The notes below the pieces were generated by a model. The model was not told the DNA's origin. It made no database searches and was given only the letters and a program-made list of their open reading frames with translations. Source: a virus. From it: a stretch of DNA of 48,620 nucleotides. The position numbers and the translations under genes were made by a program. Below are positions 9,467 through 18,750 of this stretch, piece after piece. Within the stretch, counting starts at the first letter, position 1, and each line of letters starts with the position of its first letter. Location of the stretch: IMG/VR virus record IMGVR_UViG_3300025012_000017. One strand, 5' to 3'.

Positions 9467-9859
9467 ATGGCTATCACGACTTACGAAAGCACTGCATGTG
9501 CTGACGGCCAGTGCTTGAGACTCGCCCACTCGAAGCTGGCTGAAGATCCTGCTGCTGGAACCTTCCCGATGATTCATATTCCGAGATATGCCTTTGTCAA
9601 GGATGTCTGGATTAGAATCACGGAAGTCGGCACCAGCAACACAATCACCCTTGGCTTCACCGGGAACAATGACACCGCTGACACCGATGCCATCATGAAG
9701 GTCAGCGAGGTCGAAGTTCTCCAGGTAGGTCAACAACGGGCACTGTTGTTTCCTGGCAAGTGGTTTGTGGACGGGGCTGGTAGTATCACCATGACTGTCG
9801 GCACAGCGCAGACCACTGGAAAATTCATGGTCTTTGCAGAATATTACGTCATCTACTAG
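9467..9859 (+). CDS. Hypothetical virion protein (head-associated by position)
   Basis: RBS AAGGAG. 130 aa, directly after the capsid gene. Confidence 0.5.
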   Translation: MAITTYESTACADGQCLRLAHSKLAEDPAAGTFPMIHIPRYAFVKDVWIRITEVGTSNTITLGFTGNNDTADTDAIMKVSEVEVLQVGQQRALLFPGKWFVDGAGSITMTVGTAQTTGKFMVFAEYYVIY

Positions 9860-9871
9860 GAGGATTTCAAA

Positions 9872-10366
9872 ATGGCTATTCTTGATCTTCGGCAATCTGA
9901 CGAACGAACCAACGTGTTGCCTAACCCGTACTGGGTGCGCTCTGCGGCTTTGACTGTGGCTGCTTTGAACACCGATGCAGTCTTGTTCTCTTTCCCTGCA
10001 AAGAAGGGAACGCTTGTTCTGGTTCACCAAGTAGCTTTCCAGCTTGTCACGGCCTTCAACGGTACCAGTGCTTCAGTGATCATTGGCTCAGGAACTATCG
10101 CCACGGATGCTGTTACCACCGGCGGGGCTATCTCTATCGTGGATGCTGATGAGTACTTTGCTACTGGTGAAATCACCGAGGCTACCCCAGCTTGGTATTG
10201 GCCTGCTACGAGTGATTTCTTTGGTGTTCTGGAACTTAGCAAGCCTTACGAGATCACCCCGGCTGACACTACTGTCCCGATCATCTACGCGAACTACACC
10301 GCGACGGCAGGAACTGCCACTACGGCTCTCGGTTATCTGCACATGCTGGTCTCCGAGATTCATTAA
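9872..10366 (+). CDS. Hypothetical virion protein (head-associated by position)
   Basis: RBS AGGAGG. 164 aa, T/A/G-rich beta-type sequence. Confidence 0.5.
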   Translation: MAILDLRQSDERTNVLPNPYWVRSAALTVAALNTDAVLFSFPAKKGTLVLVHQVAFQLVTAFNGTSASVIIGSGTIATDAVTTGGAISIVDADEYFATGEITEATPAWYWPATSDFFGVLELSKPYEITPADTTVPIIYANYTATAGTATTALGYLHMLVSEIH

Positions 10367-10415
10367 CCGCCAACTGTCGTTCATTTTGTGAAAAGGTCCT
10401 GGGGGATTCTTTAGT

Positions 10416-11081
10416 ATGAAACGATCAGAATTACGAGCAGCCCTGGCTGATACCATTCAAGACCCGAGCTATAGCACTGACGACCTGAATAGCAAGCTCT
10501 ACCAAGCTGCGCTTTACATCGCAGGGATCGTCCTCATCCCTGACTTTAAGCGTATTGGATCAGTTGCTACTGTCGCCGCTCAGCCCTGGGTCTCCCTCTC
10601 CAGCATGACCGGTGGCTTCAGTGGAAGAGTCTCTAGATTCCATAAAAAAGGAATCAAGATCTTCCCGAGCCTAGACCTCTTGGTCGATGCTTATGCTGGA
10701 GAGACTGACAATGAGGAGTTGACTCTTGCTGGAGAAGTGGAGGCAGTTGCTCAAGAGGGAAACATCCTCTGGTATCAGAAAGTTCCTGAAACTGAAGAGA
10801 CCCTTGTTTTGACATACTATCAGAATCCCCCAGCTTTCACGAATGACAACTACGAACCGGATTACATTCCTGAGCATTTGCAACAAAAGATTCTTGTCAA
10901 TGGAGCAGCCTTCTTGATATTCTCTGAAATCGAGGATGACGTAGACGATGTGAAGATCAACAGGACTGTGAATTACAACGAGTCCTTTAATGAGGACAAG
11001 AGAGACTCGGGAGTTAACAAACTGCGTGAGTGGATCTCTAGAAATCGCATCCCACACATCAGCAGTTCTTGGAGTGTGTAA
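10416..11081 (+). CDS. Hypothetical virion protein (head-tail connector candidate by position)
   Basis: 221-aa ORF in the structural operon. Confidence 0.45.
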   Translation: MKRSELRAALADTIQDPSYSTDDLNSKLYQAALYIAGIVLIPDFKRIGSVATVAAQPWVSLSSMTGGFSGRVSRFHKKGIKIFPSLDLLVDAYAGETDNEELTLAGEVEAVAQEGNILWYQKVPETEETLVLTYYQNPPAFTNDNYEPDYIPEHLQQKILVNGAAFLIFSEIEDDVDDVKINRTVNYNESFNEDKRDSGVNKLREWISRNRIPHISSSWSV

Positions 11082-11082
11082 C

Positions 11083-11265
11083 ATGGAACAGAAGGAATTT
11101 CAGAAGTTAATCACAAACATCACTGTGGTGTTGCACAATTACCTTGTCCTGTCAAAGCAATCCGGTCGTATCACCCTGATCCTGGATGCCGAGGCCGGGG
11201 TTCCAACACAGTGTGTCGTGGCAAATTCTCTCAAGCTTGACCTGTCAAAGCTGAAGGAAGATTAA
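11083..11265 (+). CDS. Small hypothetical protein (60 aa)
   Basis: ATG at 11083 lies one nt after the upstream TAA. The track ORF 10990..11265 would overlap the previous gene, so the internal start is preferred. Confidence 0.4.
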   Translation: MEQKEFQKLITNITVVLHNYLVLSKQSGRITLILDAEAGVPTQCVVANSLKLDLSKLKED

Positions 11266-11266
11266 C

Positions 11267-12193
11267 ATGGGAAAGAAAGTTCCTCTTTACAGGGCTTCTG
11301 CGGGGCTGAACGTCAAGGTAGACCCGGTGCGGGTTCAGTACGATCCGGACAAGGGGATCGTGGATCTGCAGGCCTGTTCGAACGTGGAGCTAGATCGCAC
11401 CGGGAGAATCAAGCGGAGAAAGGGTTTTACTTCGATTCTCTCAGGGTCTATGCATAGCGCGTTCTCCTGCGGAACCTACGCCCTGGCGATGTGGAATTAT
11501 CTCTCTCAGCATTACCTGATCTGGATCGACAAGGTGGGAGCGAATGGTCTAATAGTGGAGTTGCAGCACTATAATGCTCCGCTGTGCTATGCTCGAGTCG
11601 GGAATCGTATTTACTACTCCAACGGATTCGAGAAAGGATTCGTGGAGAATAAGACAGCATATTCATGGACTGCTGGAACCTACGTTGGGAAAGACTCGAC
11701 CAAGACAGTCTCAGATCCCCCGGCGGGACACCTGATGGAGATTGCTTTCGGCAGAATGTGGATTGCGGTGGACTCGCTGTTATACTACTCAGAGCCCTTC
11801 GCTTACAACCAGTTTGATCTTGCACGTTGCATCATCCAGAATCAGGGAAGGCTTTCACTAGTTAAGGCAGTCCAGGACGGTCTCTATGTCAGTGACACAA
11901 CCGGAGTCTACTATTGGCATGGGAAAAGTCCAAAGGAACTAGAGGTCTTGAAAGTCTCCTCTGACCCTGCGATCCAGGGGACGACAGTCCCGGAGCTTGT
12001 GTCAGGTCTCTCCCTGGGACTCCAAGATCCCTACCTCTACTGCCTCTTCCTGACTACCGGAGGCATCTGCTGCGGCGGACCGCAGGGACGTTTTATTAAT
12101 TTAACCGAAGAGAAGCTGGCTTATCCAAGGGCCCTGTCTGGCTCGGCAGTTCTCAAGGGCAACGATAATATTCTTTTTCTACTCAACAGCTAG
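11267..12193 (+). CDS. Hypothetical virion/tail protein
   Basis: 308 aa. RBS GAAGGAAG. In the structural operon. Confidence 0.5.
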   Translation: MGKKVPLYRASAGLNVKVDPVRVQYDPDKGIVDLQACSNVELDRTGRIKRRKGFTSILSGSMHSAFSCGTYALAMWNYLSQHYLIWIDKVGANGLIVELQHYNAPLCYARVGNRIYYSNGFEKGFVENKTAYSWTAGTYVGKDSTKTVSDPPAGHLMEIAFGRMWIAVDSLLYYSEPFAYNQFDLARCIIQNQGRLSLVKAVQDGLYVSDTTGVYYWHGKSPKELEVLKVSSDPAIQGTTVPELVSGLSLGLQDPYLYCLFLTTGGICCGGPQGRFINLTEEKLAYPRALSGSAVLKGNDNILFLLNS

Positions 12194-12205
12194 GAGGAAT
12201 CAAAG

Positions 12206-12664
12206 ATGACACTTCGAATTTCTACAGGACTGCGGAATGCGCTGCTTGGGACTGCGGCTTTTAAGACAGCCATGGCAGACGGTATCATTGACATTTACTC
12301 AGGGAGCCAGCCCGCGGACGCGGACACAGCGGAGAGTGGGACGCAGTTGGTGCGGATCACAGTCTCTTCTGGTGCCTTCACCTCTGGCGTGTCTACTAAT
12401 GGCCTGGAGTTCGGGACTGCTTCTGCCGGAGCTATTGCCAAAGCTGCTGCTGAAACTTGGTCTGGTGTAGGCTTAGCGACTGGTACCGCCGGGTGGTTCA
12501 GGTTCTATGCTAACACTGTCGTCACCGGTGGGAGCACTACGGCAGTCCGCTTCGACGGAGCGGTGGCTACCAGTGGAGCACAACTCAATCTCTCAAGCAC
12601 CACCATCACGCTCTCTGCAACCCTGACCATCGACGCCTTTACTATGACCATGCCGGCTGCGTAG
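12206..12664 (+). CDS. Small G/T/A/S-rich virion protein
   Basis: RBS AGGAGG. 152 aa. Followed by a strong stem-loop. Confidence 0.55.
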   Translation: MTLRISTGLRNALLGTAAFKTAMADGIIDIYSGSQPADADTAESGTQLVRITVSSGAFTSGVSTNGLEFGTASAGAIAKAAAETWSGVGLATGTAGWFRFYANTVVTGGSTTAVRFDGAVATSGAQLNLSSTTITLSATLTIDAFTMTMPAA

Positions 12665-12676
12665 CAACTAACAGAA

Positions 12677-12710
12677 GGTGGTGGATTAGGAGTATTTCTA
12701 CTCCACCACC
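12677..12710 (+). other. Stem-loop (GGTGGTGGA...TCCACCACC) without T-tract
   Basis: 9 perfect bp (12677-12685 with 12702-12710), extendable by TAGGA/TTTCTA pairing. No U-run follows. Lies 16 nt before the next start codon. Confidence 0.6.
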
Positions 12711-12726
12711 ACTGTCAGGAGAGAAC

Positions 12727-14295
12727 ATGGCTGAGACAGTTTATCTTAACAAAAGCTATAGGACAAGAGGCTATACCAGCACTGGTGCTATTTCACATGT
12801 TTCTCTGAATCTTCCCGGGACTGGAAGTGAAAAGAGCTACTTGATCAGCGGGGTGTCCGTTCACTGCGGCCTTACTCACAAGCAGTTATTCTTCGACGGA
12901 CAAAGCTCCATTGTTGTCTCTTACAATTACGAGCACACGGACTTTACAGCTTTCGAGATTCCTGGGAACTCACTCTTCTATTTTACCTTCTATGTCAGGG
13001 GAGATTTTCCACTTAACGACTTCGAGGAACTCTATGAAGAAACAGAGCACTTCGATGATATTACCATTATTATCTTGAACGGTCCTACTGACATTTATGG
13101 AAATCCAGTTTTACTCAATCCTGGCAATCCTGAGAATGGACCTATCTCTGTCGTAACTGGAGATATGTCAGGCGAGACTGTGATAACTGTTCCAGGCACA
13201 ACTGGTGTTGTCGTTGATGTCAGTCATGACTTCTCTAGCGGGACACTTGGATACTGGGAACAATATGGAACAGTAGGCTTCAACGCCTCTGGCGCTATTG
13301 TCTCCAGCGTGGCAAGTCCTTACAGCGAGAATATTCTCACCAACTCGGCGACGTTGACTGAAGGAGATCTAGTCTTCGGCGCGATGGAGAGCTGCACTAT
13401 AGACTTCGAGGTTGAGCTTATCTCAGCAACGTCGACAGGTTGCTATCTTGCCGTCAGCTTCGGAGCACAGTTCGAGTTAAATCCTGGAGCTGTGATTAAC
13501 TGGTACACGGACTACTTCGAAAATAACTTAGTAGGAACTGTGCACACTGGTGTGACAGAAGCAACGATCCGTCTTGTCGTGACTGAGACAGGCGGAGTTT
13601 ATACTGTCGATCCTTACTACAACGTGGGAGAAGGCTTTGTTGCTATTCCCCTTGACGAAGAACTATGCAACACAGGGGCTCCTGACTACACCGAGATGGC
13701 TTGTAATGTAGCAGGAAGTCTTATTATAACAGTGATGGCTGTGGTACTCTCTGGGTCTGCGCAGTATCTTATCAAAAATGTCTCTGTTACGCCAGACACA
13801 GCAATGCAGTTTATTGGAACTAGTCCTTCGGTGGATTATACTGTGACACATGTAGCACAGGGAGCTTGTGTTTTTCCTTTTCTTGAATCTTCTGGCAGTG
13901 CAACACGGTGGCTTGGCATGAACCAAGGGCATATGATTCTGCCTAGCTTTGCTGTAGGAGGCTATCAAACTGATAACGACAGGGCTGATGTTTCTCTTCC
14001 AGTGTTTGAGTGCTCAGGAAACATTCGTTGGGTGTACTGTAGCATGGAGTTTCCAGCACTGGAAGTAGGCGGCGGAAGTGAAATCAACTGGGGAGAGATG
14101 ACTTTCCCTATGCTGTCTTGCGACTCCACCTTGACTTATGCTTACTTCTTCGCAGGAATTATGCCTACACTTTCAGCGTTGTCCTTCGGGCAGGGAGTAC
14201 CGAGCACCATCAGCAACAGCTTAAAACCAGGAATCCTTCTTGAAGAGCATCCTGATATCACAGAGATTGCAAACACTCTTTTCTTAGGAATGTAA
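12727..14295 (+). CDS. Hypothetical tail/fibre-like protein with C-terminal LPxLxxxxG-type repeats
   Basis: 522 aa. RBS CAGGAGAG. C-terminal repeats MILPSFAVGG, SLPVFECSGN, EFPALEVGGG, TFPMLSCDST, IMPTLSALSFG. Confidence 0.5.
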   Translation: MAETVYLNKSYRTRGYTSTGAISHVSLNLPGTGSEKSYLISGVSVHCGLTHKQLFFDGQSSIVVSYNYEHTDFTAFEIPGNSLFYFTFYVRGDFPLNDFEELYEETEHFDDITIIILNGPTDIYGNPVLLNPGNPENGPISVVTGDMSGETVITVPGTTGVVVDVSHDFSSGTLGYWEQYGTVGFNASGAIVSSVASPYSENILTNSATLTEGDLVFGAMESCTIDFEVELISATSTGCYLAVSFGAQFELNPGAVINWYTDYFENNLVGTVHTGVTEATIRLVVTETGGVYTVDPYYNVGEGFVAIPLDEELCNTGAPDYTEMACNVAGSLIITVMAVVLSGSAQYLIKNVSVTPDTAMQFIGTSPSVDYTVTHVAQGACVFPFLESSGSATRWLGMNQGHMILPSFAVGGYQTDNDRADVSLPVFECSGNIRWVYCSMEFPALEVGGGSEINWGEMTFPMLSCDSTLTYAYFFAGIMPTLSALSFGQGVPSTISNSLKPGILLEEHPDITEIANTLFLGM

Positions 14296-14297
14296 TC

Positions 14298-15119
14298 ATG
14301 GCTGAGAAAGATAAAGTGGTAGCAGCGATTGACTACGCCAGGGAAAATTTAGTCCTGGATACGGACTTGGCTAGGCATGGAGTTCCAGACTACTGGATGG
14401 ACCCGCGCGGGGTTCTTTACTATGGTAGAGGTGATAGCGAGGATTATGCCTTCCTGGTGCACTCGCTGCTCCTGGCAGGAAGTGTTCCTTCCAGCAGACT
14501 GCGAACCTACTTTGGATACAAGTCCGGAGTAGAGTATTCTTGGCTTGCCTACAAGAGAACCAGTGACAACAACTGGGTGATCCTAGACGCACCGGCAAGT
14601 GCTGTTGTGGACGTAGATCTTCTCCCGCTTGCGAGTGCAGGAAGTGTCTACACTGATCCATGGGCTTACTTGACTGGCACAGCCTACGTGGTGGTGCATC
14701 CCTCTGAAGTCTTGAGCACTTACAACCAGAACACAGGAACGAACACACTCCCAAGGCTTTCTTGCTCCGTCACAGCAAGGCTTGTCCTCAGCGCGACCAT
14801 TGACTTCCCAGCCTTCACCATGGAGGCTTTTGGTGGTGGTAGGGCTTCTATGACCCTAGGAGCAATGACGGTCTCCGCCACTGGGATTGGTTCTCTGACT
14901 GCAAGCGGCATCGTCGCTCTTCCTAGATTAACTATCATAGCAACAGGAAAGTCTGGAGTTCTTGCTTCACTCTCTCAAACTCTCCCGGCAATGTCTCTCT
15001 CGTCAACAGGCTTTGAAGCTGTCACGACTACTGCAGCAGCAGCTCTTCCCAGACTTTCCTGTTACTCACTAGGGTCCTCGGCACTCTTCGACGATGACTA
15101 CGTTCTTCGCTTCCAGTAA
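14298..15119 (+). CDS. Transglutaminase-like (BTLCP-like) fold protein with substituted catalytic Cys, plus LPxL repeats
   Basis: GRGDSEDYAFLV resembles the GDCEDYA motif of bacterial transglutaminase-like cysteine proteinases, but with Ser47 (AGC 14436-14438). WVILDAP resembles the Asp motif. C-terminal half has six LPRLSCSVTA-type repeats. Confidence 0.45.
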   Translation: MAEKDKVVAAIDYARENLVLDTDLARHGVPDYWMDPRGVLYYGRGDSEDYAFLVHSLLLAGSVPSSRLRTYFGYKSGVEYSWLAYKRTSDNNWVILDAPASAVVDVDLLPLASAGSVYTDPWAYLTGTAYVVVHPSEVLSTYNQNTGTNTLPRLSCSVTARLVLSATIDFPAFTMEAFGGGRASMTLGAMTVSATGIGSLTASGIVALPRLTIIATGKSGVLASLSQTLPAMSLSSTGFEAVTTTAAAALPRLSCYSLGSSALFDDDYVLRFQ

Positions 15120-15152
15120 ACATTCATTTGTTGTATTACAGTAGGAGGGTCC

Positions 15153-15695
15153 GTGGCTACGTTGGGATTGTGTTTTACTAAGAATGTGGGAGTGGTGCAA
15201 CAGAGTAGACTCTCTTTCAACTCCCTCTGCAGGTTGGACGACGGAACGGTCCTGGGAGTTTCAAGCTCCGGGGCTTTTGTTCTTGACAACGGACACACAG
15301 ATGCAGGGACAGCCATCTCTGCTTTTGCTGAATTCGCTATGACAGATCTTGGCGTCCCGAAGCAGAAGTCTTTGAGAAAAGCTGTTGTTGGTCTGGAAGC
15401 TTCAGGGAACATGAAGATCTCTGTCAAGTCAGACGAAGGAAGTTTCGTGGAGAGGGACTTGGACTGCGACATTGATAGCTCCCGCGGCGAGGGAATAGTC
15501 GCTCCACTTGGCAGAGCTATTCGTGGTCGGTACTTCACTGTCAAGATAGCAAACACCCTCGGCTGTGACTTTGCCTTGAACGCGATTGACTTGGATGTTC
15601 AAGTGGGAACACAGAAGGCAGGAAGAGTTCACTTCTTTGAGAGCTTTGTCTCGGAAGATCTTCCCATGTTAACACTGGAAGGAACCGGGGTATGA
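15153..15695 (+). CDS. Hypothetical virion protein ending in one LPxL repeat
   Basis: GTG start after AGGAGGG. 180 aa. C-terminus is EDLPMLTLEGTGV. Confidence 0.45.
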   Translation: MATLGLCFTKNVGVVQQSRLSFNSLCRLDDGTVLGVSSSGAFVLDNGHTDAGTAISAFAEFAMTDLGVPKQKSLRKAVVGLEASGNMKISVKSDEGSFVERDLDCDIDSSRGEGIVAPLGRAIRGRYFTVKIANTLGCDFALNAIDLDVQVGTQKAGRVHFFESFVSEDLPMLTLEGTGV

Positions 15696-16984
15696 GAGTT
15701 TTCTCTGGCGAGAACAAGGATGCTGCTGAGATTAAATATCTCATGGAGAAGCACAAGCAGCAGATGACTGCCAGGGAGCTCTCGGCCTTTAAGACTACTG
15801 GGAGAACCAAGGATGGAAGGAAGTTTTCTATCTCTAGTATAGAGGGCATCGACAACGTGGTAGTAGAGGAAGCATCTAAGAAGAAACCTCTCTCCGAGTT
15901 CTCTCTTCCGAAGACTCTCAGGGAACGTGCTATGATCTGGATTGGCGCGACAAGGTTTACTGAGGACGTCTTCAGGAATCTATCTCAGCTCTGGGGAAGT
16001 AAGGTAAGGCCTGAGGCAACGCTTCCTAGAGACTTGGATGAATATACTTTGGTGTTCATTCCTGCGCTGTCAAGGGCACTGACAGAGGATGAGCTTGACA
16101 GGCTCCTGGCTTGGAAGACGCGGGTGTCTGGAAAGATCATCTTTTGCTTGGGAACAACAAGCCTTGCTAGAATCCTGCTTCCACTTGATACCACCGTGGC
16201 AGATGACAATGCCGTTACTTATACCAACGCAGCTTTGCTGGCTCTTGCTAGCCCGCTACGTTTCAGCGTGATGTACTCTACTTTGCTTCATTACATGACA
16301 GCAAGCTCCAGCGCCATCAAGGGAACACGGTATAGTAATCTTGTTGCAGCCAGTGGGTATTCTGGTGTCACCTCATCTGCGAGGTTCAATGGCAGTAATG
16401 TTAATAACCTTATACTCGACGGAGGAACATACTCTGTTGATGTTGCTGATAGTGAGAGATTGTTAGTTGCTATGACGACGGACGAGGTGGGAAGCACTGT
16501 TTCTGTTCCTATGGTTTACTCTGGGGTCTCTCCAGTCTTCTACCGAGGGTACTCTAATATTCCTTTTAAGATCGCTAGCTATGACTACGAGGACGTGGAG
16601 AGTTGGATGTATGATGCCTGCGCTTTGGAACTGGAGACTCCTATCTGGTGGAAGCTTTCCGGGAGTGAATATGAAAACTTTACTAATGACGCCAGGGTCT
16701 TGACAACACTGGAGAAGTATATCAGTCCTTACTACGTGGAGCCGGCAAGCTGGTCCTATCTCCCGACGATTGCTTTCTGCGATAACGTCATGCTGTTCGC
16801 CACAGGGAACAGGTGGTTTTCAGATAGTCTAGTCTTGAACTCTAGCTACGGAAACGCCAGATTTATTCTCCAGCTTCTCCTGGAACCTTGGCAAGACTCA
16901 GATGACTTCTTTAGAACTGGCCCCTTTGCTCTCTCTTGTTCTGTCAGCGAAGGGGACCTCTTTGACTTTGTGATTACTTACTAG
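15692..16984 (+). CDS. Hypothetical virion protein
   Basis: 430 aa. ATGA start/stop overlap with the preceding gene. Confidence 0.5.
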   Translation: MRVFSGENKDAAEIKYLMEKHKQQMTARELSAFKTTGRTKDGRKFSISSIEGIDNVVVEEASKKKPLSEFSLPKTLRERAMIWIGATRFTEDVFRNLSQLWGSKVRPEATLPRDLDEYTLVFIPALSRALTEDELDRLLAWKTRVSGKIIFCLGTTSLARILLPLDTTVADDNAVTYTNAALLALASPLRFSVMYSTLLHYMTASSSAIKGTRYSNLVAASGYSGVTSSARFNGSNVNNLILDGGTYSVDVADSERLLVAMTTDEVGSTVSVPMVYSGVSPVFYRGYSNIPFKIASYDYEDVESWMYDACALELETPIWWKLSGSEYENFTNDARVLTTLEKYISPYYVEPASWSYLPTIAFCDNVMLFATGNRWFSDSLVLNSSYGNARFILQLLLEPWQDSDDFFRTGPFALSCSVSEGDLFDFVITY

Positions 16985-16992
16985 GAGGAACC

Positions 16993-18177
16993 ATGGGTCT
17001 CTACGATGACATCAGGACGAATTCGAACGAAGCTCAGGAGATGGTGGAGAACCAGTTCTCTATCACACAGAACTGGGCAACGACTATGATGAACCAGACG
17101 TTGGCTTTCCTCAATGCTATGAACACGACGTCTAGCTTTGTGGTGCCAAGTATCACGTTGGATCACAGTCTTCCAGCAAGCTTGAACATCTCTGACTTCG
17201 CTGCAGTTGCTCCAGGAGAGATGACACTTAGCTACACTACCCCGGCGAGACCCAGTGTCTCGGTGTCCTCCTTGAGTGGGATCTTCAGCTTTTCCGGCGC
17301 ACTTTATTCCTCTGAGATTATAGAAGGAATTTTCTCTAAGATCTCAGGGACACTCACAAATGGAGGAACCGGGCTTGGTACTGCTGTCGAAGCTGCTCTC
17401 TGGGCAAGAGCCCTCGCCAGAAAGGAAGCAAAGGATGTCGCTCTCTATGCAGAGGCTGATGATTACTTCGCTTCAAGGGGATGGGTTCTTCCTGTTGGGA
17501 TGCACTCCGGTAGGTTGCTTGAAATTCAGAAAGAGATCTCAAGGGAAGATGCTCTGCTGAATTATGAGATCATGACAGTGCAAGCACAGCTCGCTGACCA
17601 GAACACAAGACATAATCTGGAGCAGGCTGTTGGGCTGGAGGGATTGCTGCGGGATTATTACTTGAAGTATGAAGCATTGAAACTGGAAACATCCAAGGCT
17701 TACTCCACAGCTACGGTGCAGGAGTTCACTGCGAATGTGGAAGCTGGGAAGCTTCAGTTGGAAATCTATTCTACTGATGTCCAGGCGATGATTAGCTTGA
17801 TCGAAGCGCAGGTGAAAGCGTACCTTGGAAGAGTTCAAGCCTACGAGTCTCAGGCCACTGCGTACAAGGCAACTGTGGAAGCTAAGGCCACGGCGTTTGC
17901 AGCAGAAGCATCCGTGGTGAAGACTGGGGCTGATATTGAACTGGCGAAGTTGGATGCTCAGATTAAGGCGTTCTTGGGTGTGGCACAGTTGAGAGCATCC
18001 ACGGCAGAGGGTGCAGCCAGAGTTTCGGCGCAGGTTGCTGCTGGTGCTATGTCAGCAGTGAACGCCGGGGTGTCTTTCAGCTACGGCGCGAATCAATCTG
18101 CCTCCGGCAGCGACAGCACGAGCACTCAGTTCAGCTACGCGAATGATGTTCAGGAAATTCTCTACGCTTACGAATAG
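16993..18177 (+). CDS. Coiled-coil A/Q-rich virion protein (internal/ejection or tail-associated candidate)
   Basis: RBS AGGAGG. 394 aa with a long heptad-like A/Q/K/E region. Confidence 0.45.
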   Translation: MGLYDDIRTNSNEAQEMVENQFSITQNWATTMMNQTLAFLNAMNTTSSFVVPSITLDHSLPASLNISDFAAVAPGEMTLSYTTPARPSVSVSSLSGIFSFSGALYSSEIIEGIFSKISGTLTNGGTGLGTAVEAALWARALARKEAKDVALYAEADDYFASRGWVLPVGMHSGRLLEIQKEISREDALLNYEIMTVQAQLADQNTRHNLEQAVGLEGLLRDYYLKYEALKLETSKAYSTATVQEFTANVEAGKLQLEIYSTDVQAMISLIEAQVKAYLGRVQAYESQATAYKATVEAKATAFAAEASVVKTGADIELAKLDAQIKAFLGVAQLRASTAEGAARVSAQVAAGAMSAVNAGVSFSYGANQSASGSDSTSTQFSYANDVQEILYAYE

Positions 18178-18186
18178 GAGGAAAGA

Positions 18187-18738
18187 ATGGCTAACATGTT
18201 GAACTTTCAGGGCGAACGGAAAAAGATGATCGAGGACTTCTCGAACAGAGCGCAGGCTTACCACGCGAGACAGCAAGGGTTTGAACTGCAGAAGCTGGAC
18301 GTGGAAGGAGAGATTAATAAGGCGCTGTTGGGGATGAAGACGAAAGCTGCGAAGGAATTACAAGATGATGATCAGGAGTTTAGTAAGCCTCTGCAGCAGG
18401 CACAGATCGGAAATATCTTGGAAGAGGTAAAGGGGAAACAGTTCGACAGGCAGCTCGGGATGGATTACTCTGGGACCTTCTTGGAGCAGAAGAGAAACCA
18501 GGGGAACTTGACGAACAAGTACTTTCGTCAGATGCTGGGTGTCCCGGAAGAAGGATCTGTCCCTCCCCTGGAAGACAACACCAAGTCAGTTGAGCCTCTC
18601 CAGGAACTTCCCATGCCGACGAACTTTACTGACTATCACCCGATGATGTTGCTTGCAGGAGCTGCCAAGAAGGGAGCCAAGAACGTTGATCCCTTTATGA
18701 ACTATCTCAGAAACCACTTCCGGATGCCCGGACAATAA
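18187..18738 (+). CDS. Hypothetical virion protein
   Basis: RBS AGGAGG. 183 aa. Confidence 0.45.
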   Translation: MANMLNFQGERKKMIEDFSNRAQAYHARQQGFELQKLDVEGEINKALLGMKTKAAKELQDDDQEFSKPLQQAQIGNILEEVKGKQFDRQLGMDYSGTFLEQKRNQGNLTNKYFRQMLGVPEEGSVPPLEDNTKSVEPLQELPMPTNFTDYHPMMLLAGAAKKGAKNVDPFMNYLRNHFRMPGQ

Positions 18739-18750
18739 GGAGACCTGAAC

